Assembly: GCF_048262615.1 (NCBI RefSeq)
Contig: NZ_JBLXFB010000018.1
Location: forward strand, 2,631-66,630
DNA length: 64,000 bases
Reading direction: 5' to 3'
DNA from: Antarctobacter sp.
Lineage (GTDB): Bacteria; Pseudomonadota; Alphaproteobacteria; Rhodobacterales; Rhodobacteraceae
The notes beneath the pieces are model-generated. The model saw only the letters and a list, made by a program, of their open reading frames with translations. It was not told the DNA's origin and did not search any database. The position numbers and the translations under genes are program-made. Within the stretch, counting starts at the first letter, position 1. Every line of letters starts with the position of its first letter. This document shows, in pieces, positions 29,032 through 38,034 of this stretch.

Positions 29032-30246
29032 CTATATCACCGCCGTTTCCACCGCCCGCCGTTCGCTCAGGATCCGGTCGAACCGCATCGGCGTCAGGTC
29101 GAGACTGCGGAACCCGCCGTGGGTGATCAATTCCGCGATGGCCCGCCCCATGGCCGGGGCTTGTTGCAACCCGTGGCCGGAAAAGCCGTTCTGGAACAGC
29201 AGGTTGTCCACCTCTGGATGCGGCCCCACGATGGCGTTCTGATCCAGCGTGTTATAGGCGTAGTGCCCCACCCATTCGGTGACGACGCGGATCGCCTCGA
29301 ACTGTGGGATGCGGGTGGCGATGATCGGCCAGACGTGATCCTGCCAGCGGTCGTGATCCATGCGAAAATCGTCCGGATCGACCGGCAGATCCTCGGCGGG
29401 GGCGGCCCCGGCCATATAGGTGGTCGGTCCGTCCTGCCGGGTGTGCACGCCCGAGGGGTCGATGGTCAGCGGCAGCGCGCGGTCCAGCGGCTTTTCCGCC
29501 GTATAGACCCAGTTGAAGCGGCGGCGCGGTTCCACCGGCAGGGCGATCCCCGCCATCGCCGCCGTGCGTGCGGCGCGCGGTCCGGAGGCGTTGACCACAT
29601 GGCCGCAGGCGATGACCTCACCCGAGGCCAGCGTGACTGAGGCCACGCGCGCGCCGTCGCGGGTCATGGCCACCACCTCGTTGCCGATATACTCGACGCC
29701 CCGGCTGCGCGCCGACCGGCGCAACCAGTCGAACAGGGTGCCGCCGTCCCAGTACCCTTCGTCCTTGGTGTTGATCGACCCCAGCAGGATGTCGTCCAGC
29801 GCGTAAAACGGATAGCGCGCGGCGATATCGTCCGGGGTCAGCAGTTCCGTCTCGGCCCCGACGCTCCGCTGCATCCGCGCGTTGACCCGCAATTCATCCG
29901 CAAAGCGCGGATTGTCCGCAAGGTAGAGATAGCCGAAATTCTGCACCGACAGACGCGGCGCGCGGGCATCGCCGATGCGGTCCGGCAGGTCCTTGATAAA
30001 CGCGGCGGTGAACTGTGAGATGCGCACGTTCAGCGGGTCGGAAAACTGTTGCCGGATGCAGGAATAGGTGTGCGCGGTCGAGCACATGGCATAGCTGGGG
30101 TCGCGTTCCACCACCAGAACAGAGCCGTCGAAATCCGGGTTTTCGGTCAGGAACCACGCGGTCGCCGATCCCATGATCGCGCCGCCGATGATGATGACGT
30201 CATAGGCCGTTTTGGTGGGCGCTGAGGGAAATTGCAGGGTGGCCAT
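29032..30246 (-). CDS. FAD-dependent oxidoreductase (DAO / sarcosine oxidase beta-like)
   Basis: ATG 30246; VIIIGGAIMGSATA, VLVVERD, GFSGHGLQQAPAMG; 404 aa. Confidence 0.9.
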   Translation of the reverse strand: MATLQFPSAPTKTAYDVIIIGGAIMGSATAWFLTENPDFDGSVLVVERDPSYAMCSTAHTYSCIRQQFSDPLNVRISQFTAAFIKDLPDRIGDARAPRLSVQNFGYLYLADNPRFADELRVNARMQRSVGAETELLTPDDIAARYPFYALDDILLGSINTKDEGYWDGGTLFDWLRRSARSRGVEYIGNEVVAMTRDGARVASVTLASGEVIACGHVVNASGPRAARTAAMAGIALPVEPRRRFNWVYTAEKPLDRALPLTIDPSGVHTRQDGPTTYMAGAAPAEDLPVDPDDFRMDHDRWQDHVWPIIATRIPQFEAIRVVTEWVGHYAYNTLDQNAIVGPHPEVDNLLFQNGFSGHGLQQAPAMGRAIAELITHGGFRSLDLTPMRFDRILSERRAVETAVI

Positions 30247-30396
30247 GTGGCGAACGCTCCATCCTCGGGCAGGGGTGATCCCCCGGCGCGCAATACCGCC
30301 GGGGTGTGAGTCTGCATAGCCAAGGCGGGCGCGGTTTACCATATCCCTGCGGCGCGCGGACCGCTTGACCGGGGCGTTGGCCTGCGCCACTCTGGC

Positions 30397-30577
30397 GGCG
30401 ATGGTGACCGCGCCCCGGCGTGGTCGAATAGGGAATACGGTGCGGGGCAGGCCCCCAAGTCCGTGACTGCCCCCGCAACTGTAAGCGGCGAGCCATCCCG
30501 TAAACACCACTGGGCCATCGGTCCGGGAAGGTTCGGGACTGTGCCTTGACCCGCAAGTCAGGAGACCTGCCATCGCC
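30397..30577 (+). ncRNA. Cobalamin (B12) riboswitch
   Basis: P1 ggcgatggt / gccatcgcc; AGGGAAtacGGTG; CTGCCCCCGCAACTGTAAG (B12 box); CCACTGGG...CCGGGAAGG; AAGTCAGGAGACCTGCC. Confidence 0.95.
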
Positions 30578-30706
30578 GGGCCCGTCTTGGGTCCGTTTTC
30601 ACTGAAACCGGGCGGGGTGCTCCGGAGATGCGAGGACCCATGGCGCGTTACCGCCTGCTGACATCGCTGATCCGATCTGCAACCCGCCCCTTGCGCGGAG
30701 GGCGCG

Positions 30707-31009
30707 ATGTCGATCGAACTAATCCTGACCCAGTTGCAATGCCGGGCCGAAACGCCGGAACGGGCGCATGAACTGGGCTGCATGGGCTACATGCAATGGC
30801 TGGGCGGCTTGCCCGGATGTGCCAGCTATGAGGCCGAGGCGGCGCGCGCATGGCGGCGCGCACAGCCCTTCGCCCGGACCGATCCGGCGGTGGCGGTCTT
30901 TTGCGCGCTGCTGGACGCATCGCTCCGGCAGCCGCTGCGGGCGCTGGACCTGACGCTGCCACGCGCGCAGCGGCGCGGCGGGGCGCGGCGGCGGCGGCTG
31001 TTGCTGTGA
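30707..31009 (+). CDS. Hypothetical protein downstream of the B12 riboswitch (true start may be 30640 across a +1 frameshift)
   Basis: SD GGAGG at 30697-30701; GYMQWLGGLPG core; basic C-terminus RRGGARRRR. Confidence 0.75.
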   Translation: MSIELILTQLQCRAETPERAHELGCMGYMQWLGGLPGCASYEAEAARAWRRAQPFARTDPAVAVFCALLDASLRQPLRALDLTLPRAQRRGGARRRRLLL

Positions 31010-31059
31010 CGCCCGCCGGGCGGGGGCGCCCCCGCCCGCCGAACCACACGGGGCGCGCG

Positions 31060-33378
31060 TCAGGCCGGGGCGTCCTGACCCGTCTCGGGGGTGGGCCGCA
31101 CCAGATGCACCGTCCGTGTGGGAAACGCAAAGGCGACGCCGATCTCTTCGGCCAGTGCAAGGATGTCGAGGATCAGCGCCTGTTGCGCGGCAACCTGCGC
31201 GTCGTAGGTGAACACCTTGAAATGGCCCCACAATTCGATGTCGATGCTCTGCGGCCCCAGCGAGGTGATACCAATGGTGACGTTGTCGGTGTCGGCGTCC
31301 GGCTGATTGCGATAGACCTCTTTCAGCCGCTCGACAAACCGCGCCAGATGGTCACGCGGGGTGTCGTAGGTCAGCTGGATCTGCATCTTTATCTTGCGCC
31401 GCCGACGACTGCCCCAGTTCGAGATCACCTGATCGGACAGTTGCGCATTGGGCATGATCATCAGCGTATCGTCCAGTGTCCGCAGCCGGGTCGACCGCAG
31501 GCCGACCGTTTCGATCACCGCCAATGTCCCCGCCGCCTCGATCATGTCGCCTTTGCGAAAGGGACGGTCCGACAGCAGGATCGCGCCGCCGATGATGTTC
31601 GCCACCGTCTCGCGTGCGGCAAAGGCCACCGCGACGCCGCCGATGCCCAGCCCGGTCAACACGCCCTCGTAGGGCAGGCCGACAACATCCGCGCAGGCGA
31701 TCAGCGCCCCGAGGATGATCAGCAGTTTCAGCAGCCCCTGCGCAAGGGACAGGACAATTTCATCCGTAAAGGCCGAGGTGCGCTCTGCCTGTGTCATCAG
31801 CCCGCCAAAGATCAGCGATACGGTCCGATAGGCCAGCGCCGCCATGGACAGGATCAACAGCACCGCCGACAGCGCCGACACCGGGCCGAAGGCGCGCAGC
31901 GCCAGCCCCAGCCGCTCGCTGGCATCCAGAAACAGCAGCGCCGCCAGCAACAACCCCGCCGGTCCGGCCAGTTGCGCGACAATGTTGGCCAGGACCCCGC
32001 TGCCGGATGCCAACGCCCGCACCACGCGCCATGCCAGTGCCAGCATGACGGCCATCACCAGCAGATAGCCGGCCAGCCCGATCCATTGCCAGATCTCCAG
32101 ACCCAAGACACGGCGTTGCAGCCATCCGGACCATTCAAGAACCGCCTGCCGCGTGGCGAAATACTGCGACAGCGGCGGCGGCGCGCTCAGACCGGGGGCC
32201 AGCGGCATCCGCTCCAACGTTTCGTACAGCGCGGGCAGCGCCTCAATCGTCTCGCGCGAGAACCGCCAGAGCCGCTCGACCGGGCGGCCGTCCTCGTCCC
32301 GGATTTCGGTCGGCGCGATGGTGATCTTGCCCATCGGATGCCGGTAATAGGGATAGGGCAGCGGCCGCGCGGGATCGTCCGGGATTTCTTGCCAGTAGAT
32401 AAAGCCGATCCTGTCGAGGGTCCGCTTGAGATAGTCGGCCATCAGCGCGCCCTCGGCGCGGCGCAACTGGCGCGGCACGTGGTCAAGGTCCAGCGCGCGC
32501 AAGGCCCGCGCGCCGCCCGCGCCATCCCAATCCTTGGACCCAAGGATAAAGTCCATCATCACCATGCGCGGCGACCCGGCCCGCGCCTTTTCCAGCTCGT
32601 CCAGTGTCTCATGTCCGCGCGCCCGGATCAGCCGGGCCAGATCGGCCTGAAGGATCGGGCCGGGCGGCACCACAAGCCGCCAAAGGTCCGCGTCGTCCAG
32701 CCGGAATTTCAACTGGTACGTCGTGCCCGACCCGGCGGGGCCGATCTCAAAGCGCAGCTCGGTGCCCGGCTCTGCCTCGTCTGCGGGCACCGGCGCATCC
32801 CACAGCCGAAAGGTGGAAATGTCGAGGATATGCCAAAGCGCGCGCCGCCGCCGGTCATGATCCGAAGAATCGCCATCGGGTCCGTCATAGGCCAGCAGCG
32901 GCTCGATCCAGCGGACCTGACCCTCGCGGCCATGATATTGCGCGTCGTTGCCCGCGGCGAGAATGCTGCGCAGGGTCGCCTGAGGGGTTGCCCCGCTCCA
33001 CCAGTCGGGGCGTTGCTGCTGGGCGATCCCGGCGCGGTGGCCGTTCCACCAGTCGCCGGTGCCGAAACGTCCGGCAAAGCTTTGGCCATCCTGAGACAGC
33101 ACAAAAATGAAATCGCCGCTTTCCCCCGCCTCTTGCCAGAGGCCGCGCAGAATACCGTCCTGCGTGGTGCCGGTGATCCGCCCGTCGCCGGGTTGATAGG
33201 TGCCATAGACCGCCTCTCCGCGCTGTTCCAGAAGGACAAAGGCCTCTCCGGCGGACCAATAGGTTTGCCAGTCACCGGGCCAGCCGTCCTGCGCCGCACC
33301 ATGGCGGGGCAGGGCGGCGCACAGGCCCAGTATCAGTATCAACAGCGGTATCCGGCGCAGGTCCAGAGGCATCGGCAT
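31060..33378 (-). CDS. MscS-family mechanosensitive channel with large periplasmic N-terminus
   Basis: Signal peptide from ATG 33378; TM3 GLGIGGVAVAFAARETVANIIGG, DRPFRKGD, VGLRSTRLRTLD, FAFPTRTVHL. Confidence 0.9.
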   Translation of the reverse strand: MPMPLDLRRIPLLILILGLCAALPRHGAAQDGWPGDWQTYWSAGEAFVLLEQRGEAVYGTYQPGDGRITGTTQDGILRGLWQEAGESGDFIFVLSQDGQSFAGRFGTGDWWNGHRAGIAQQQRPDWWSGATPQATLRSILAAGNDAQYHGREGQVRWIEPLLAYDGPDGDSSDHDRRRRALWHILDISTFRLWDAPVPADEAEPGTELRFEIGPAGSGTTYQLKFRLDDADLWRLVVPPGPILQADLARLIRARGHETLDELEKARAGSPRMVMMDFILGSKDWDGAGGARALRALDLDHVPRQLRRAEGALMADYLKRTLDRIGFIYWQEIPDDPARPLPYPYYRHPMGKITIAPTEIRDEDGRPVERLWRFSRETIEALPALYETLERMPLAPGLSAPPPLSQYFATRQAVLEWSGWLQRRVLGLEIWQWIGLAGYLLVMAVMLALAWRVVRALASGSGVLANIVAQLAGPAGLLLAALLFLDASERLGLALRAFGPVSALSAVLLILSMAALAYRTVSLIFGGLMTQAERTSAFTDEIVLSLAQGLLKLLIILGALIACADVVGLPYEGVLTGLGIGGVAVAFAARETVANIIGGAILLSDRPFRKGDMIEAAGTLAVIETVGLRSTRLRTLDDTLMIMPNAQLSDQVISNWGSRRRRKIKMQIQLTYDTPRDHLARFVERLKEVYRNQPDADTDNVTIGITSLGPQSIDIELWGHFKVFTYDAQVAAQQALILDILALAEEIGVAFAFPTRTVHLVRPTPETGQDAPA

Positions 33379-33773
33379 GTCCTCGTCAGGGGTTCGGCGC
33401 AGCTTAGGTGCAATGCGCGCCGCTTCAAGCACCCTGCGCCGGGCGTGGCCCTCGTTTTTGTCCGATTCGGTCGGACCAGGAGGCGGGTCCGGGGCCAATT
33501 TGTTGCGAATTGACCACTTTTCCGGCACGGGCCGATACCGGCAATAATTGTTCCAAGCGGTTGAAAACAGGCCTTTTCCGGCCAAGGTCGCACCCCTGAA
33601 CAGAGTGTTTCCCAAATGTGCCCGAAATCGCCACCAGAATGCGAACAGGTCTGTATAGGCTGCGCCCATTCGAGTAACGCAGTTTTGTGGCAACTTCGGG
33701 GCGAATAGGCCCCATGATCGACGTATGAGCTCCCGGTGGATGCGATCCGCCCCGGAAAAAGGGACAACCTGCG

Positions 33774-35453
33774 ATGACGCTGCCAGCGCCGACCGGAACC
33801 TTCACAGGCCCGCTGCGGATTGACGTCGCGGTGCAGTATGACGGGCTGGGCACGGGGCCGTCGCAGCCGTTGGTTGCGCTGGGCGCAGAGGGGGGCGCGG
33901 CGCGCCTGACCCTTGGCCAGCTTGGGGCCAGTCACGATCTGTATTTCGAACTTGTGCAGGGCGGGTCGGTGTACCGGCTGGTGGCCGATGAGGCGCTGGT
34001 GTCCGGTGAAACCGCCAGCTTTGCCGCCGTGATCGACGAAAACGGCGTCATGGCGTTGTTCAAGGATGACACGCTGCTGGCGGAGAGGCCCGCCGAGGTG
34101 CCTTTGGCGCTGCCGGTCGATGACCTGCGCGGACCGGCGACGCCAAACGACGCCACGGTGATCGACCTCACCGTAGAGCCGATCAGCCCGGCCATGGCCG
34201 GCGGTGACATGGCGATTGTCGCGCATCCCGACGATGACCTGTTGTTCATGAACCCGCATGTGGCCGAGACCATCGCCGATGGCGGCCCGATGACCACGGT
34301 TTACCTGACCTCGGGCGACGCCGGGGACGATGCCGGCTATTGGGAAGCGCGCGAAATGGGGGCCAAGGCCGCCTATGCCCAGATGGCGGGCGCCGATCCG
34401 GCGGACTGGGTGGATGAGACCGTGACGCTGGACGTGGATGGCGTCGCCTGGGAGGTGCAAAGCAGCTATCTTGCCGATGATCCGCAGGTGCGGCTGTATT
34501 TCCTGCGCACGCCGGACGGGATCGACGGCGGCGGCACCGACACCTATGGCTTTGGCAGTCTGGAGCGGTTGCTGGAGGGCGAGGCCGACCGGATCACCAC
34601 GGTGGACGGTCTGACGACCTACACCACCGAGGATCTGACCAAGGTGCTGGGCGCGATCATGACCCGGCACATGCCCGACGACATCCTGTTGCAGGACGAC
34701 ACCAGCGAGATCGAGCACAGCGACCACGTCCACACCACCGAGCTCGCCGAGGCGGCTCTGCCGCTGTACGGCGAGGACGTGACGGTGACGCATTTCACCG
34801 GCTACATCAGTTGGGCCGGAGAAGAGAACCTGACCCCGGATGAGGTCGCGCTTGTGACAGGTGTGTTCGAGACCTACGCCGCCTATGATCCGCTGGTGAC
34901 AGACGAAACCGGCGCGCTGCGCGAACCCTATACCGACTGGGTACTGCGCGAATACGTGACCGAACAATACCACATCGTTGACGGTGAACGCATAGACGGC
35001 CCCTTGCCCGAAGAGGACCCTGAGCCAGTTGACCCTGATCCGGTTGACCCTGATCCGGTTGACCCCGAGCCAGTTGACCCGGACCCGGTTGACCCCGAGC
35101 CTGTCGATCCCGATCCGGTGGATCCAGACCCAGTAGACCCTGATCCGGTTGACCCCGTTCCATCGGGCGGCGGCGCTTTCGGCCCGAACGGGGCCTATGC
35201 CCAGTTCCTTGCCGGGAATGCCGGGAAATGGGGCGCTCTGCCCAACCCGACACCGGGGCCGACCGATCCCATCGACCCGACACCGGACCCCGTTGACCCG
35301 CCGCCTGTTGACCCACCGCCCGCCCCGTCCGGTGATCCTTTCGGATCTGGTGGATTGTATGAGCAATTGATGCTGTCGAGCGCCGCACATTGGGAAACGC
35401 TCGCCTCGGTGGACGAAGAAGACCCGCTCGACGACCCAGTTGATGTGGTCTGA
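33774..35453 (+). CDS. PIG-L / LmbE-family deacetylase with N-terminal LamG-like domain and Pro/Asp-rich tail
   Basis: IVAHPDDDLLFM, VYLTSGDAG, EHSDH metal motifs; SD GGAAAAAGGG region; very acidic. Confidence 0.85.
   Translation: MTLPAPTGTFTGPLRIDVAVQYDGLGTGPSQPLVALGAEGGAARLTLGQLGASHDLYFELVQGGSVYRLVADEALVSGETASFAAVIDENGVMALFKDDTLLAERPAEVPLALPVDDLRGPATPNDATVIDLTVEPISPAMAGGDMAIVAHPDDDLLFMNPHVAETIADGGPMTTVYLTSGDAGDDAGYWEAREMGAKAAYAQMAGADPADWVDETVTLDVDGVAWEVQSSYLADDPQVRLYFLRTPDGIDGGGTDTYGFGSLERLLEGEADRITTVDGLTTYTTEDLTKVLGAIMTRHMPDDILLQDDTSEIEHSDHVHTTELAEAALPLYGEDVTVTHFTGYISWAGEENLTPDEVALVTGVFETYAAYDPLVTDETGALREPYTDWVLREYVTEQYHIVDGERIDGPLPEEDPEPVDPDPVDPDPVDPEPVDPDPVDPEPVDPDPVDPDPVDPDPVDPVPSGGGAFGPNGAYAQFLAGNAGKWGALPNPTPGPTDPIDPTPDPVDPPPVDPPPAPSGDPFGSGGLYEQLMLSSAAHWETLASVDEEDPLDDPVDVV
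35016..35156 (+). repeat. Coding tandem repeat, 15-bp unit, 9 copies, encoding DP(D/E)PV
   Basis: gac cct gag cca gtt / gac cct gat ccg gtt ... with synonymous variation between units. Confidence 0.95.
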
Positions 35454-35616
35454 CCGCCCGGACACCCCGGCAGACACCCCGGAATTCACCCGGCCCTGAC
35501 GGCGGCGGGGGCTTTGCCATGTCGCCTTTGGATCATGTTCTGGACATTTCTGTCTAGTGCTCTTTGAAAGCGCCCCCTAGCCTGCCTTCAAACAGCGAAG
35601 CCAGAGAGGGTCGGAC

Positions 35617-38034
35617 ATGAACACTCATTACCGCGTGGTCGTCATCGGCGGGGGCGTTGTCGGCGCGTCTGTACTCTATCACCTTGCGAAACTGGGCTGG
35701 CGCGATGTCTGCCTGCTGGAACGCGCGGTCCTGACGGCGGGGTCGTCGTGGCATGCGGCGGGCGGCATCCACGCGCTGAACGCGGACCCGAACATGGCCG
35801 CGCTACAGGCCTATACCATCGACCTGCTGCCAGAGATCGAAAAGGAATCCGGTCAGAACATCGGCCTGCACATGACCGGCGGTCTGACGCTGGCGGGCAC
35901 GCCCGACCGCTGGGAATGGCTGCAATCGGCCTACCGGGTGTTTCAGTCCATCGGCATCGAGGATTGCGAACTGCTGACGCCGGAAGAGGCGCAAAAACGC
36001 TGTCCGATCATGTCGACCGACGGCATCCTTGGTGCCATGTGGGCCGACCGTGAGGGCTATCTGGACACCACCGGCACCGTTCACGCCTACGCAGGTGCCG
36101 CGAAAAAGCGCGGGGCCACGGTCCACGAACACACCAGGGTTCAGGCGCTGGAACAGACCGGGGATGGCTGGAAAGTGGTGACGGACAAGGGCACGATCAC
36201 CTGTGAACATGTGGTCAACGCTGCTGGCCTGTGGGCCAAGCAGGTCGGCCGCATGGCGGGGATCGACCTGCCCCTGTCGCCGCTGAAACACCATTACTTC
36301 ATCACCGACACCGTGCCGGACATCGCGGCCCTCGATTTCGAGGTGCCGATGACCGTCGACCTTGAGGGGTTCACCTACACGCGGCAGGACCAGAACGGCC
36401 TTTTGGTGGGTATCTATGAGGTCGACCACGAACACTGGGCGATGGACGGCGCGCCGTGGGATTACGGGATGGAGCTGTTTCAGGAACAGACCGACCGCAT
36501 CGAAAAGGAGTTGATCTGCGCCTATGAACGCTATCCCGCGCTGGAAAACGTCGGCATCAAGACTTGGGTCAACGGCGCCTTTACCTTTTCCCCCGATGGC
36601 AACCCGCTGGTTGGCCCGGTGCGGGGCAAGCGCGGTTACTGGTCGGCCTGCGCGGTCATGGCCGGGTTCCTACAGGGCGGCGGCGTCGGCAAAACACTGG
36701 CCGAATGGATGATCCACGGCGAACCAGAGGCCGACGCATGGTCGATGGACGTGGCGCGCTATGGAGATTACGCGCAGAACAAACGCTATATCAAGGAAAC
36801 CACCGGGCAGTTCTATTCGCGCCGTTTCGTGATGACCTACCCGAACGAACAACTGCCCGCTGGTCGCCCGTTGAAAACTGCGCCGGCCTATTCGGCCATG
36901 TCCGATGCGGGCTGCAAATGGGGCGTCAGCTGGGATTTAGAGGTGCCGCTGTATTTTGCCCCCAAGGGGTTTGAGGAGACACCGACGCTCAAACGCTCCA
37001 ATGCCTTTGACATCGTGGGCGCGGAATGCCGCCATGTGCGCGACAAGGTGGGCCTGATCGACATCACCGGCTTTTCGCGGTTTGAGGTGTCCGGCCCGAA
37101 CGCCGAAGGCTGGCTGGACCGCATCATGGCCTCGAAACTGCCTGCGCCGGGGCGGGCAAAACTCGCCCCGATGCTGGAACCGGGCGGGCGGCTGAAGGGC
37201 GATCTTACCGTGTTCAACTGGGGCGATGGCACATGGTGGATCATGGGCAGCTACTACCTGCGCGCATGGCACATGCGTTGGTTTGAGGATCACATCGACG
37301 ACGGCGTGCAGGTCCGCGATCTGGGCGAAGAGGTCTGTGGTTTTGCCCTGACCGGGCCGCGCTCGCGCTCCGTGATCGACAAGGTCTGCGAGCGCGCGGG
37401 CGACCTGCCGTTCATGGGCTGCGCGGCGCTGGATGTGGGTCTGTTCCGGGCGCGCGTCGCGCGCATGTCGGTGGCGGGTGAACTGGGGTACGAGATCAAC
37501 GTCCGCTACGGCGACCATATCAAGCTGCGCGAACTGCTGCTGGAGGCGGGGGCCGATCAGGACATCCGCGAATACGGCTTCAACGCCATGCTGTCGCTGC
37601 GGCTGGAGAAATCCTTTGGCATCTGGTCGGCGGAATTCACCCAAGGGTATACGCCCGGTGAGACCGGCATGGACCGCTGGATCGACTGGGACAAACCCGA
37701 TTTCATCGGCAAACAGGCGGCTCTGGCGGAAAGGGAGGCCGGGGCCGCGCGCCGGGTGGTGACGCTGGAGGTCGACAGCCTGAAGGCCGACGCCAGCGGG
37801 TATGAACCGGTCTGGAAAGACGGCGCAAAGGTCGGCTTTGTCACTTCGGGCGGATACGGGCACACATTGGGAAAATCCTACGCCTTGGCGATGGTCCGGA
37901 CCGATGCGGCGGCAGAGGGCACAAACCTGTCCGTGCATGTGGTCGGCGTCGAATGTCCGGCCCGCGTGATCGCGCCCTCACCCTATGACCCGGCGGGCAA
38001 GGCCATGCGCGCAAAGTCGGGCGCGGCGTCATGA
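35617..38034 (+). CDS. Dimethylglycine dehydrogenase-like FAD oxidoreductase with GcvT (THF-binding) domains
   Basis: VIGGGVVGASVLYHLAK, LTAGSSWHAAG, FSPDGNPLVG, SLRLEKSFG, VTSGGYGH; 805 aa. Confidence 0.92.
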   Translation: MNTHYRVVVIGGGVVGASVLYHLAKLGWRDVCLLERAVLTAGSSWHAAGGIHALNADPNMAALQAYTIDLLPEIEKESGQNIGLHMTGGLTLAGTPDRWEWLQSAYRVFQSIGIEDCELLTPEEAQKRCPIMSTDGILGAMWADREGYLDTTGTVHAYAGAAKKRGATVHEHTRVQALEQTGDGWKVVTDKGTITCEHVVNAAGLWAKQVGRMAGIDLPLSPLKHHYFITDTVPDIAALDFEVPMTVDLEGFTYTRQDQNGLLVGIYEVDHEHWAMDGAPWDYGMELFQEQTDRIEKELICAYERYPALENVGIKTWVNGAFTFSPDGNPLVGPVRGKRGYWSACAVMAGFLQGGGVGKTLAEWMIHGEPEADAWSMDVARYGDYAQNKRYIKETTGQFYSRRFVMTYPNEQLPAGRPLKTAPAYSAMSDAGCKWGVSWDLEVPLYFAPKGFEETPTLKRSNAFDIVGAECRHVRDKVGLIDITGFSRFEVSGPNAEGWLDRIMASKLPAPGRAKLAPMLEPGGRLKGDLTVFNWGDGTWWIMGSYYLRAWHMRWFEDHIDDGVQVRDLGEEVCGFALTGPRSRSVIDKVCERAGDLPFMGCAALDVGLFRARVARMSVAGELGYEINVRYGDHIKLRELLLEAGADQDIREYGFNAMLSLRLEKSFGIWSAEFTQGYTPGETGMDRWIDWDKPDFIGKQAALAEREAGAARRVVTLEVDSLKADASGYEPVWKDGAKVGFVTSGGYGHTLGKSYALAMVRTDAAAEGTNLSVHVVGVECPARVIAPSPYDPAGKAMRAKSGAAS

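Noticed and set aside
30850-33513. 887-aa plus-strand ORF
   Set aside because: Shadow of the MscS gene.
33379-33773. c-di-GMP riboswitch or sigma-54 promoter in the long divergent gap
   Set aside because: No GEMM motif and no TGGCAC-N5-TTGC spacing found.
35016-35156. CRISPR array
   Set aside because: Contiguous 15-bp in-frame units without unique spacers; no cas genes.
33339-35489. 716-aa minus-strand ORF with VNRIR-like repeats
   Set aside because: Antisense reading of the PIG-L gene; the repeats are just the complement of the DPDPV array.
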